64,000 nucleotides of DNA from Octopus vulgaris (taxonomy: Eukaryota). This document shows positions 1-16,925 of this stretch, piece after piece. A program made the translations under genes and the position numbers. The notes under the pieces were generated by a model, which did not search any database, was not told where the DNA came from, and saw only the letters and a program-made list of their open reading frames with translations. Every line of letters begins with the position of its first letter. Within the stretch, counting starts at the first letter, position 1. The stretch covers positions 162,936,001-163,000,000 of the forward strand of contig OX597816.1 in NCBI GenBank assembly GCA_951406725.2, in the 5' to 3' direction.

Positions 1-3000
<3,000 letters not shown>

Positions 3001-4383
3001 CCTTGACAGCTCCACTATACGTAGTTTATTTAACTTCAACTGCAACAACAGGAATATTTTTGCTGATCAATTTTTTTGTACTTCTTATCTCTCTCCCCAC
3101 CTTACTTATATCATACTTACTTTTATTTTTTTTGTCTTATTTTCTCTGTTGTTGTTGTTGTCGTCGTCGTTGTTCTTGTTGTTATTGTTGTTTTTCTCCT
3201 ACCGCCTTCCCTTCACTAATCGTGGATCATTCAGGGAAAACCTACACGAGAATAAATCAAAATAAATATAAATGATAAATGGATGTAAAAATGTATACCG
3301 ATAAATACAGGAACATTGTAAAGTTTAAAAGTATGTGTGTACAATCTGTAGAAATATATCATATACCAAATGCACACCCACATACATGCATACATATATG
3401 CGTACATACATACATACCTACTTATATATACACATACATATTTATATATGTAAGTATATATCTATGTGTAAATATATATATATATATATGTGTGTGTGTG
3501 TTTGTGTGTGAATGTGTTAGAGCGTGTTGAACAGTGGTTATGAAAGTTCTTTTAAGTTTAATCTAAAAATTATTCAATGTAGCGAAATATATTTTTATGT
3601 TTAAAACGTATATCTTTTCGCTGCAGAAGGCACCTTGATATGTATTTTCACCGCGCTGCTGTAGTCCCAGCTAGGATTACACCAATACCAAATGATATCC
3701 CACAATCCTTCTGTCACTTTTGTACTTTATTTTCTCGAAACTTGACTTCTTTCAACGATCACTTATATTTTTTTAATATAATTTCTCTCCTCTTCTTCTT
3801 TCGTATATTTCGACAATGGACCACTTATCCGAATCGTCGTTATCTGTTCGTTTCCATCACAGCATATCACATTTCTATTTTACTCACAAATGCTGTACTA
3901 ATTTTTGCCATTACTCATAGTTTCTCCTCGGCACAGTTCCCTCCAATTTTGAATCTGTTAGCCTCCATTTTCTCTGATCAGGGATTTACCGAAGGAATAT
4001 CCAATGTAACTGGATTTAATTGGATTTCTCCATCCTTTCTAGACATAATGAAGCGCAACAACTCTCACTCATGAGGAACTTTCTTCCACTGTTACATATG
4101 TTTATTTTATCTCTCTCCGATAAGTGAGTACTCAGCATGGTGTCTTCGCTCGACACGATGTTCCAATAACTGGGATATCTAAACCTTTTATTATACATAA
4201 TTAATAATATCAGAGTAATAAAGATTTTAGAAATTTTTATTACCAGTGGTCTAGCGTATAGAAAAATTAGTCAATAGACTATATATTATTCATATAAAAT
4301 ACAGTGTACATTTAAACACATAAGTGGTGTCCATCATAGGACTCCTTTACCCTAGAAGGAACAGCTAAAGTCCAAACCACTAA

Positions 4384-4780
4384 TCTTTATATATAAAAGT
4401 CAAGTTGTGTGTCTGTCTCCTACGATTTAGATTCCTAACTACTCCCACATTTTGCGGTGCAGTGTAACCAAAAGTGGGTATCTTATAGTCGTGGTTCATA
4501 TCGAGCCCTTCTGGGTATTAGCGCGCGTCTACGATGAGTCTACGATTTTAAAAATAATTTACCATCATGTTTTTCCATTTTAATGCATTTTTTCGCTATT
4601 ATATAAGGGAAGTAACTCTCTGAAAATGTCTACAATGAGTCAACGATTTAAAAAAAAATTAACATCATTTTTTTTCCATTTTTAATGCATTTTCTTGCTA
4701 TTTTTTGGCTATAACTCTCTAAAAATGCTTATATAGTTATATCCCTTACAAACCCGAGCAACACCGGGCGATACTGCTAG
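4384..4780 (+). mobile_element. Non-autonomous Helitron
   Basis: 5' TCtttatatataaaag after A; 3' hairpin cccg..cggg then CTAG followed by T; internal ~100-bp tandem duplication (4528-4727). Confidence 0.75.
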
Positions 4781-5814
4781 TTAGTGATAAAGTTTCGAAT
4801 GACAAATAACATTTACCATCTATTTCTTGGACCATAGTTTCAGACTTCTTTTACTATACAGTTAAATTAAGTGTCCTTATCAATTCTTGCCAAACTGTTT
4901 GCCTTTTGTTTTCAAATTTAACCTATAGCTACCGACTCAAAGGGAAGCCACATCTAGCCGCTTTGGATAAGGGAGTCAAAAAATCACACCTTCAACTGCA
5001 GTTCAAGCCTTGATTTTAGTGGCACACTTATCTGAGCGCTGAGAGCGCATACTTGTTAGTTTGAGTCACCCTGACGAAAACTCCTCGGATCTCAATAAAC
5101 ACACACATGCACATACACACACAATACATACACACTCACACAAGCACACACACACATATATGTATACTATATATGTATATACAAGTACACACACATATGT
5201 ATATGCATACAAATATATATATACATATATATATACCTATATATATATATATATACATATGTATATATGCATATGTATAAATATATAAATATATGTATGT
5301 ATATATATATATATATACTCCTCGTTTTCGTCGTCGTCATCCTCTTCCTCCACTTCATTTTCATTATGAGACACGGTATTATTGTTCTACTATTCCTCCT
5401 CCTTCCCTACAACCCCTGCCACTCCGCCTCATCATTATTACCATTATTATTATCATCATCATCATCATCACCAATATCATTATCATCTTTGTTATCATCA
5501 TCATCATCATCATCATCATCATAAAGAGCAGCGGCATTGTAATCGTTGCCGTTGTTGTCAATACAGAATGGATTGATTTTTTTTAATGTTCTGCTTTCTA
5601 ACTCTTCTGTGTATGAAAAGCTATTCAACCAATATATTTCATACAATAAAGTGGTTTTATCAGGCTCAATATTTTTCTCTGGAAATCGATCGGCAATATG
5701 TTTCAGCATTCACTCATTGTCGACGACCAAGTTATGTCTAGGAAAATGTCACCCTCCGTGTCATCAACTGGTGTAGCAGGCATGAAATATAAACAGATAT
5801 GTGGGGAAACGGCA

Positions 5815-6215
5815 GTAGAACAACGTAGGGCGGTGTTAAAACGTCATAGAACAACGTAGAGCGGTATTAAAACGTCATAGAAGAACGTTGTAGTTGCTAT
5901 TGAATAACATTGATAGGAATATGTTAAAACAAATAATGACGTTAAGACGTTACAACGACGTTCAACGCTAGGATGACGTTAAAAGCACGTTAGAGCTACG
6001 TTGAAACAACGTTAGAGGGATGTTAGAAGGACGTTAGAACAACGTAAAACAACGTTAGAGGAATGCTGGAACAACGTCACGACTATGTAAGAATAACGAT
6101 GATTGATGTTAAAACAATTTTTGATAAACTCTAGAACTACAATAAAATGGAATTTGGACAAAGTTAGGACAATTTTAGAACTATGTTCGAATTATATTAG
6201 ACCAATGTTAAACGG
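5815..6215. repeat. Degenerate ~10-11-bp minisatellite (AACAACGTTAG-like)
   Basis: Recurrent acgtt/gttaga units; 31-bp duplication at 5817-5880. Confidence 0.7.
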
Positions 6216-6510
6216 CGAAATTTGAACCCCCGACGTAAAGAGCCGGAAGAAATGTTGCTAAGCATTTTGTCCAACATTATAACGATTCTGCCTGCTCATC
6301 ACACTAATCTAAAATGTAATATCATTTTTAAATTTCGGCACAAAGCCATTTTGCTGCAAGGTCAATGCTCAACCGGTACATATGTTAGGTCTCGGCCCCG
6401 AAAGAACGAGAGGCAATGTCGACCTCAGTGGAGTTTGTACTCAGGACGTGAAGACGGACGAAATGCCGCTAAACATCGCCCGACGTGCCAACAATTCCAT
6501 ATTATTATTA

Positions 6511-6563
<53 letters not shown>

Positions 6564-6741
6564 GCTTTTGCACAGCTTCTAATGCTGGAGATGTACTACG
6601 GTGTCAGCTGTTCACTACCATTGAACTAAGGTAAGACGCTTTATTTTTCGAGCACCTTCCGGAGTATTCGAGCGGTTCCAAGCTGTGCTGTTTTCTGCAA
6701 GTGCTCCATCTTTATTGTAGCCCCTATTTGTTCCATGTACA

Positions 6742-6861
<120 letters not shown>

Positions 6862-6869
6862 GTTATTAA

Positions 6870-7085
6870 TCGTTAGCACGCTGGGCGAAATGCTTAGCGG
6901 TATTTTATCTGCCGCTACGTTCTGAGTTCAAATTCCGCCGAGGTCGACTTTGCCTTTCATCTTCTTTCGGAGTTGATTAAATAAGTACCAGCTACGCACT
7001 GGGGTCGATGTAATCGACTTAGACTCTTTGTCTGTCCTTGTTTGTCCCCTCTATGTTTAGCCCTCTGTGGGCAATAAGGAAATAA
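6870..7085 (+). mobile_element. SINE family B in an (ATT)n tract
   Basis: cgttagcacg..gagttcaaattccgccgaggtcgac..gaaata. Confidence 0.8.
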
Positions 7086-7116
7086 ATCTTTATTGTTGTT
7101 GTTGTAGTTGTTGTTA

Positions 7117-7187
<71 letters not shown>

Positions 7188-7490
7188 ATTATTATTATTA
7201 TTATTATTGTTATTATTATTATTATTTAGTATTATTATCATTGTTACCTTTTTTGTTACATCGACTACATAATGGAAAGAACTTTGGTTGTGTCACATCG
7301 AATTGAAGTAACGTTGGGGATTAAATTCATGACGTACTCCATTGTTGAAATTCTATATCTTCTCATCCTTGTATATACTTGCAGTGAAGTATATACAAAT
7401 ATCTGTTTTAACTACGTATATCCACATACACACACATACACACAGATTTACAGACACGCTAGCACAAACATATATGTGTGTGTGTGAGTA

Positions 7491-7563
<73 letters not shown>

Positions 7564-7725
7564 ATGCATATATATGTATATATATGTGTGTATATATATG
7601 TATATATATATATGTGTGTGTATGTGTGTGTACATAATGTAGATATATATATATATATGTAGATAAATAGTTAAAGATGGATAGATAGATGCATGCATAT
7701 TTCTACGCATGTTCATGCATGTATG

Positions 7726-7756
<31 letters not shown>

Positions 7757-7934
7757 GTGTGTGTATGTGTGTGCAGGAACATGCACTCACCCACACGCAC
7801 ACACACATATACAGAATGTCAGACTAAATATGCATACATGAATAAATTCGTTGCATGAATTTGAATGTATCGGAGTGTACGTACATACAAACAGCCATTT
7901 ATGTATGTACGGTTGCATGCAAATATATGCGTGC

Positions 7935-7979
<45 letters not shown>

Positions 7980-7988
7980 TATTTATAT

Positions 7989-8049
<61 letters not shown>

Positions 8050-8930
8050 TATACACACACATGTATGTGTAGGTGTGCGTGTGTGTGTGTGCGCGCGTAT
8101 GCATATACATATACCTATTTACATATTCATACTTAGGTGACATCTGGAAAACTGGAAAATATTTTGTTTTCTGATAATAAAAAAAAAGAACCTAAAAATA
8201 TGTGTAATTTTCCACGTCCGTGGATTTCCGTAAAGATTCCAAAATGGCGTAACAATATTTCACGCATATGTAATATAAGTGGATTTAGAAAAGTCTGCAT
8301 GGAGCTGTAGAAGTTATAACAATCCGATGCAAAGACTGAGTATTTATGAATTTAGAACAAAACCCCATCACAGAAATACCACGGTAGGTGGCTCCTCGTA
8401 AGCATAGTCAGCAATACGAAAAAAGATTATCCTAGTGGATGTAAACTGTATCCTTTGGTTCTTTAATCCGAAACAGATTAAAGATGGAATTTTGCGTTCT
8501 AGGGAAGTTAAAATACTATTGTTTTATTATCCATCTTCGTTTGTATTTTCTCTTTTCCTTGATATTATCAATATTAGTATTATTATTATTAGTAGTAGTA
8601 TTAGTAGTCGTAGTATTAGGATTTGTTTTTGCTTTGTGTAACCGAACAAAATGTAATAATGCATCAGGTAGTTGCCATAAAAATGGTTTCCATACCTACA
8701 AAATCAAGTTCTGTTGCATTAAACAAATACACCGAAATTTTATCCGGAAAGATTATTAAGTTGTATGAGGAATTATGCGCCTTTATCTTGATTAAAAGAC
8801 TTTCCTGCTTTAGGCGACTGTAAAAAAAAAAAAAGAAAAACAAGTTTGTTATTGTTTATAGATTTTACATCACAGACAAACACACACATACGTGTATATA
8901 GGTTTGTATATGTATATATTTCTTTGTGTT

Positions 8931-9010
<80 letters not shown>

Positions 9011-9043
9011 TATATACACATATATATACATATATATATATGC

Positions 9044-9084
<41 letters not shown>

Positions 9085-9373
9085 CACATAAACACAAACA
9101 TATACACAGACTGTATAAGGTTAATCATGTATGGCTATGTGAATGTGTACAAATGTGTATGCATAAATATATGTACGAATTTACGTGTGGGCATATGAAT
9201 GTATGTATGTATGTTTGTAGGTTTATATGTATGATTGTAAATATCAAAGCTGGTATGTATTTATGTATGTATGTATGTATGTATGTATGTATGTATGTAT
9301 GTATGTATGTATGTATGTATGTATGCATATATATATCCATGTATGTAAGAAGGTATACATGAATATGAATATG

Positions 9374-9406
<33 letters not shown>

Positions 9407-9830
9407 ACGATTATAAGTTATAAAATTCAGTATTGTGATGTATCTGGTTGGAGAAAAAGTTCTTTCCTGAACAAACTTTGGTGTGTAGTAATGTTTTCAG
9501 TGACTTATGAAGTAAAAATCACTTTGGATTTATCCATTTGGAGTAGAATAAGCTTCGGACTTTAATAAAGATCCATTAAATGGATTTGAGCTATTCAAAA
9601 AAATTGTAAACAATATTAATCCCGCGGATACACGTATATTTATACTCGCACACACGTGCCGGCATGCATACATAATATATGTACATACATATATGTATAT
9701 AAGTACGTATACATATGCAGATTCCCATCAAATTCTTTAATACTACGTATGTATACATATATATGACAAAAGAAAGACAAGCTGGATGATGGAATACACG
9801 AATGTAGCACACACACACACACACACACAC

Positions 9831-9874
<44 letters not shown>

Positions 9875-9917
9875 GGCATGATGAGGGAAAAGTTTACTTG
9901 TAGTTAGCTGGTAGACT

Positions 9918-9971
9918 TTGGCTGAAGAGAAACAGGCACCTATTTGGCACTAATTTCGAAACTGGTACCAA
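9918..9971 (+). ncRNA. Minimal type I hammerhead ribozyme motif (cassette A)
   Basis: ttgg-CTGAAGA-GAAA...TTTC-GAAAC-tg-GTA-ccaa. Confidence 0.7.
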
Positions 9972-10132
9972 GTTGAGCAGTATTACGTGTGCTGACCAAC
10001 TAGAGGTAACACGTTTTTAATGTTCACTGGGATATTTTCCTACCATGCCTGTAGAAGATTTGTGACTACCCTGCGGCACAAAAGTATTTTTGAATTGTAT
10101 TTTTAGCGATGTAGGTGCTCATGTAGTGCCTT

Positions 10133-10186
<54 letters not shown>

Positions 10187-10201
10187 TAACATTTGTACTT
10201 T

Positions 10202-10330
10202 ATAATCTCTGACGAAGACTAGAGATATATACAAGTACCTCATCTTCATCTACCTATTACCTCAATCCACTTGAATAATATAGGTAGAAAGAGGTATTTT
10301 TATCTATTGGCTGAAACAGCTGTAAGTTAT
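10202..10330 (+). ncRNA. Hammerhead motif with long stem II (cassette B), partly decayed
   Basis: ataatct-CTGACGA-~97-nt hairpin (tacctc..tctacctat / ataggtaga..gaggta)-GAAAC-agct-GTA-agttat; palindromic ACAGCTGT. Confidence 0.65.
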
Positions 10331-10756
10331 TTTAACAATTTATATTCATGTTTTTTATAATAATTACTAGTATCCTTATATATTATTATATTTTATATCT
10401 TATATCTTATATGTAAAGAATAATATGCTATACGTATGTATGTTATAATTGTCATTTTAATAAATAAATAAGTTAACATTTTAATGTCGAAAAGTTGATG
10501 AACCACCTATTGTTTTCCTCCATTTTCTTATTTGCAATATATATATAATTATAAATATTGCATTTCTAAATCTCTCAGAGAGAGTTATGCAGTGATGGTT
10601 TGTTGCCAACTTAACGTGGCAGTCCCAGGAAAGGAAAGAATGCTACTGCTATTTAGCCCCAAGAAACACCGTTTCTAGTTGGCTACGTGGCACAAGCGTT
10701 CTGTGTCCTTATGCTTTCAAACAGGGTAGATAAGCACCTCCACCCAACAAAGCCAG

Positions 10757-10809
10757 CAAGCAGAGACTAGTTTCAGGGTCATTTCCCTTCATCAGTTTCG
10801 AGTAGCTTG
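10757..10809 (-). ncRNA. Minimal hammerhead motif (cassette C)
   Basis: Minus strand CTGATGA-AGGG-aaatga-CCCT-GAAAC-ta-GTC; palindromic ACTAGT; interrupted stem I with distal caagc/gcttg. Confidence 0.72.
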
Positions 10810-10910
10810 ACCCTGCTAGCAGTTGGTGGTAAATCGATGAGAAAATTTATATAATTTCAAGTGAAATAAATTCACTGATCTACAAAATTAGAACTATTGC
10901 ATTTCTAAAT

Positions 10911-10962
<52 letters not shown>

Positions 10963-12917
10963 CATATATATATATATATAAGTAGATATCTTGTATTGTA
11001 TGTATATATTTTATTAATCTGCCTGTACAGCTGATAAATTCATTTGCCAGACGTGATAATAATTGGGTGTGTCAAGTTTCTTTAAGAGTTTACAAAAGAA
11101 TATGGTAGGCAGTTTGGTTTGACTGGTCAGTTTCTGTACTTGTTATTTATTTCCATTTGGAAGGTGTGGGTTATTAGTCGGGGATGTCATGGGGTTTTTA
11201 GTTATTTGTTTATCTTTTGATTTGATATTCAGAAAAGAATGTGGGTTGGTATAAAGTTTGTTGGTCTGCATGTTTCTCTTTAGGGGTTTGTTGCTCTATA
11301 AACAGTTTGGTTAATATGAAATTGTAACCTTTGTATTTTATGGAGGTAGAATTTGTAGACTATACGTTTATGAATGTTTCTTTAATTCTGTTTCCAGCTA
11401 TCCCCAAATTTTTATCAAAATATGTAGTAAAGAACATTTCTCTAAGACTTTCCTCTTTATCTTCAAATGAAAAATTTCTAAATAAAATAGATTTGCTTTG
11501 CATTTTCTTTTTCTTTTATGTCACTTACCTGAGCAAATCCTTGATGACACATTTCCTGCTTAATCACTGTTCTGCTGTCCTTGGTAAAGATAAGGGGTAC
11601 GAGGTAGGACAGTGGATTGAATTATAAATCTATGACGTCTCACTTCTGTTGGAAACACCATTATAGTGTCCGTCTTACATCGCATATCTTTCCCTAAGAT
11701 CCTAATATTTCACGTTCTTCTTTTCAAGTGTTTACTCAATATTGCCTTTGCACAGGACAGAGAACCTAACATTCATCTCAGATTCTTGTCGTATGAGATC
11801 CTGTCGTAGAAACAAGGCCTTGTTCGGTTATTGCAATATGGCTAGCAAACAAGAACACATCCTTCAGCTTTACATGAAACTTAGATATCTTACCACCTTG
11901 TAGAGGTTCGGTAACAACTGTTCTTTATTTACGTTCCTGCGTTGACTTTACTTACTATCTTTACTGGAAACAGAAGGGGCCAATTTTGAGTTCTTTGTCA
12001 TTTCATTGCTGTTACTCCTTGTTGTTTAAACGCGTCATCTAAAACAGTCAATACTGTAATACTGTCTGATATCCTGCGACGGATACCCTTTTAATAACTC
12101 CCAACTGTGATACATTACAACTACAAACTTATCTAATATTCCTCCTTCTCCCCCTCATCATCATCATCGCCGCCGCCGTCGTCGTCATCGTCATCGTTGT
12201 CATCATGATCATCATCACCATCATGATCATCATCATGATCATCATCATGATCATACTTATGATCATCATGATCATCATCGTCATCAGCAGCAGCAGCAGC
12301 GGGATCGCCATGATGATGATCATTCCCATGATGATAATCCACATCATGATGATGATGATCATCATCAATGCATGGCCATTAAAGTTTCGAGCCGTGGGAC
12401 TCTCAGGATCAGTCGCCAGTTACTATGGCGTATTCGTGGCCGAGATTAATCAAGTACATCACAAAGTAACCCATTTTACAGCTGAGGGCAGTAGAGCAAT
12501 GTGAAATGAACTGTTTTGGACAAGATCACAAGGTCCCTCTCTTTCGGGAATCGAAAACGTATGATGCTACAATCAAGATCGAAAGTTAGATATACTAACC
12601 AATAAGCCGAGTCTTCAATATCGCCCAATATTGGTCGCATTCTAATTCTGTATAATTTAGAATTAATCTAAATATTTTTGGAGATCTGAAGATTAAGACA
12701 TCAATAGATCTCTGTTCTATTTCTTCGAAAACATCGAACCGATTTTACGAATACCATTGACAATTCTGTCAACAAAAACCTTAATTTATTTGTGCTATAT
12801 ATTTTTTCATTATTTCATATTGATTATTGGTATTGACATTCGCTTTTATATACTACTCTCGCTGTCACCTAACTCAAATATATGTACATATGCATATGGA
12901 TATACATATACTACATA

Positions 12918-13024
<107 letters not shown>

Positions 13025-13149
13025 GTATCTATATATGTATATATGTATATGTTTATATATCTGTATGTATATGTATATGTATATATATATATATACATTC
13101 ACACACGCACATACACACACACACACATATATATATATATACACACACC

Positions 13150-13200
<51 letters not shown>

Positions 13201-13210
13201 GTGTGTGTAG

Positions 13211-13245
<35 letters not shown>

Positions 13246-13542
13246 CACATATATAAGCATATAGATATATATACATATATATATATATATGTATATATTG
13301 TGTATGTGTCACAGACACAATATGGCTTATTCGTTCTTTCAACTAATCTGGATTTATGTTCCTTCTTTGGAAATGGCATTTTCAAGCATGATTCTGTTCA
13401 GTTTTGATTTTGTCTTGAGTATATTTATCTGCTGATCCTTAGACGACAACATATCGATTTGATTATTTTTCTTTCTAACTATTTGTCTGTCTTTCTCTGC
13501 TTCTTTGATACCCTTTGATATATAGGTGCGTATATATGCATG

Positions 13543-13598
<56 letters not shown>

Positions 13599-13639
13599 AT
13601 ATACACATATACATATATACATATACACACACATACGCT

Positions 13640-13860
13640 GATATTTCAAAATGTAACCACATGTGAATTGTTAGCGATTTTTTTCATCCATCTTATTTTT
13701 CTCTTGGACATTCCTCTGTGTCCTATTTCTGAAGAAGTACTTTGCTCGAAACGTTAACTACCTTTTTTCCTCCCCTCAGCGTCTGTTAATACTCTGCATG
13801 TATCATGTCCTTGTTTTATGTATATACTTCTTTTATAGTTTTATTGTTCTCTATAATATG
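13640..13860 (+). mobile_element. pLTR-like short repeat with degenerate hammerhead-like core
   Basis: ctgaagaagtactttgctcgaaacgtt at 13729; homologous to the minus-strand copy at 25430-25650. Confidence 0.55.
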
Positions 13861-14039
13861 ATTCAGTACTAAATATATGTATTTAAATAATAGTCAATAC
13901 ACTGAAATATGCAAATATCAGTACGGATACATATAAGAGGACATTATACAGAAAGGAAGCAAAGGCTTTATTATATTCACAGATGGGTGTTTACATATGT
14001 ATATTTGAGCCTATGTTTGTACGCATGTATGTGTGTGCA

Positions 14040-14250
14040 GCATTCGCCATGATTGATCGCTAGCCACTAAACCTGTTTTTTTTTTATTTTGCCTTTCTGT
14101 TTATTTCTGTGTTCCGTTCTTTTGAAGAGCGTAGGCTCGAAACGTAAAAGACTTTATCACTTCCCGAGCGTTAAACTAGTACATCTGTTTGTTGTTTACA
14201 CACCCGTCTTCGTCTTTTGTTTTGTTTATTTTTTTGTAAATTCCAACTAC
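14040..14250 (+). mobile_element. pLTR-like short repeat with hammerhead-like core
   Basis: gaagagcgtaggctcgaaacgta; same family as 41040-41222 and related to 56300-56460; ends at a microsatellite. Confidence 0.6.
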
Positions 14251-14269
14251 ACATACATACATACATACA

Positions 14270-14300
<31 letters not shown>

Positions 14301-14472
14301 GTATATATATCACCGTCACCGTGACCGACCAGGCTATCAAATGTTGCTACACAATGCGCTTCGCATTGTTTTAGCCTTCAAATAACGCCACCCTACTGGC
14401 TAAGTGAGCAGGCCAATATATATATATATATATTATCGTGTCTGGGGAGAATCATTTTCTTTTAGCGGCTTA

Positions 14473-16441
14473 TTAATTACACTTGACAGAAGGTTTGATA
14501 GGAATATTCCACCAGCATTCCTTGAGTTGGTGTGTATGAATGTATTCCATAACAGAGGGATTTATTTCAGGACAGTATTTTTTGTGGATGGCATTGTAAA
14601 TTGTTTTAGCAACAACATCGTGCTGCATAGGGAGGTAGTACCGTGACGATATTTTAGGACAGCTGCTAATCACATGCGTAATGTCTTCCACAGAAACATG
14701 ACATATCCTGCACATGCGGTTGCACCTTAGGATTACAAGAGTGTCATTGTCTCTCTTGTTCATCAGGTACTTTGTGGCAATCTCCTCTTCCTGGATTGCA
14801 AACGCATAGCCTTCAAGGTGTGATGTGATGTAGTGGTCTTATGAGACAACTACATCATAAGACCAAGAAATGTAGATTCAGTATTAAATATATTTATTTA
14901 GGTAAGAGAGGCTGCGCTTCATCTCAGTTCAACCGTCTTTTTCTAGCTCCCGGGCGACATACCCATGCATAGTCTTTTTTTTTTTTGGTTTTTGTATGCT
15001 GAGTACTTTCTATCCAGGTCTTCTCTAGGGTAAGAAGAGAGCCCAACTGTTTTGAGGCTGTATAAGAAAGAGACCATCAGGAAGAGAGTGCTTCTTGAGG
15101 AGCTCACTGCCAACTCGAACAATGTTGCTCATTTCACTTTTCAGGACTGCATTAATATATTTATTTTTGCTGCTGTTGTTTAGTAGATGCTGCTTGAATG
15201 ATACCATATGGCATTCGAAGGCTCCTACCACTTTCATTTCTTCTTAGGTAGAACATTTCAACATCACTGTTTTCCTAGTTGTTGTCAAAATTTTGTGGGT
15301 TTTGATACCTAAAGAGTAGATTTCCTCTACAGCCCAATCAAATGTTGGGATCAGCACTGATACTGCAAATGCATTGTGGGATATTGTTTTGTTGTAAGAG
15401 GAGAGTTCCGTCTGCCATGTTTTTCTAAGTGTGGTGTAATATTCTCGGGTCACTCTATCTTTATTCACAGTGCCTTCATATGATACGTTTTCGTCTATTC
15501 CAAGGTACTTGTAACATTCTTTGTGTAGAATGGAGGAGATAGAGAGACCGTTGATGCATAGGTTTTGCGTCTGGAGGACTGACTTACCTCGTTCTATAAC
15601 CAAATATGAACATTTCTTTTGGCCAAATTCCATGCCAAGATCAGCTGAAAATGTTTTTAATTCCATTTGTTTTATGGCATTAATCTTCAGGTCGTCTACA
15701 AAGAAATTATGAGTTTCATTGGTCTTGTTAGCAGTCGAAGATCCAAGTATGTAACCATTTGTTTTCTGCGGAAGGAATGATAATGGATTCAGTGCCAAAA
15801 TGAAAAGAAGTACATAAAGACTATCTCCCTGGAATATTCCCTTTGAAATGCCTTTAGTATTAGAAAAATCATTCTGTTCTCAGTTGTAAGGGTAAGAATA
15901 GTTGTTCATATCTTAGTGGGTTTCTCTATAGCAACAATTATGTTAGTAGGTACCTTTGCCATATATAGGCACTTCAACAGCCATAAATGAGGGATAGAGT
16001 CGAATACCTTCTTATAGTCAAGCCATACTGTCGCAAAGTTTCTGCCTTGTTTTCTTTCTTCAGACTGTACAACTTTGTTTATTAAAATTTGTTCGGCACA
16101 TCCCCACACTCCATTCTTTCCACCAGCCTCTTCATCAGTCACAATGTTGCTCGACTGGAAGAACTGGTTAAGGCAACTTTTGTACAGCTTGTACATAATG
16201 TTTAGCCAAGCAATGGGCCTGTAGTTTCCTGCATACATATCAATTCTTTTCTATAAATTGTCAGCTTCTTGTACCAATATCCAACTATTAGACCCCTTCC
16301 ATGTGTCTTTCCATTCTGCAGTTTGCTTGCTGCTATAGCGAAGGTTTCTGCATCAATTTTGTATGTTTTACTATTAGTGTAGGTACAGTAATCTTTCTCA
16401 ATTGTATTCAACCATGATGCATTCAGGTTGAAATTCCTCAT
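14473..16441 (-). mobile_element. Decayed R4/Dong-clade (RLE-type) non-LTR retrotransposon: RT + CCHC knuckle, multiple frameshifts
   Basis: Broken ORFs NYRPIAWLN, WLDYKKVFDSIPH, GIFQGDSL, FFVDDLK, YKYLG, CRIC..EDITHVISSC..HDVVA, WWNIPIK. Confidence 0.88.
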
Positions 16442-16486
16442 TTAGTTTCAAATTGTATTACGAAAATGACTGTAGATCATTTTGAG

Positions 16487-16517
<31 letters not shown>

Positions 16518-16582
16518 TGTATGTATTTATTTATTTATGTACGCACGTATGTATGTGGAGGCACGTGGCCTAGTGGCTAGGG

Positions 16583-16925
16583 ACGCAATTGTCTTGTTCC
16601 AAAGATTACACCCATCGCATCTAGAGTGAAGACCAGGTACTGCAATAACGTGGAATTCAAAAACCCTCATCTATTTGGCATGCTGCCAAAGGACGCAAGT
16701 GATCTACATGGAATGGCTGTACATGTTTTCAATAAGCAACTTGACCTTCTGCTGTTCAAGATCCTTGATGAACCCACATCACGTATGGCAACTCAAACGA
16801 GGGCGCCAATATGAAACTCTGATTCACTAAAAGCCAACCACATAGTAACTGCCATTGAAAAGGTGATGATGGTGAAAGTGCTCCAGCATGGTCGCAGACA
16901 TTGGGCTGAAACGCAAAGAAAAATT
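16583..16925 (+). mobile_element. CR1/L2-group LINE 3' end fragment
   Basis: Peptide LFGMLPK...FNKQLDLLLFKILDEP resembles a CR1-type C-terminus; tail gtgctccagcatggtcgcag...ctgaaac. Confidence 0.6.

Noticed and set aside
9833-10980. CRISPR-like repeat/spacer reading of TA tracts and unique units
   Set aside because: Variable-length microsatellites, 260-370-bp units, eukaryotic context, no cas genes.
11050-11520. Possible decayed PLE linker on the minus strand (also 19140-19620 with CKCR)
   Set aside because: Too degenerate to call without a profile search.
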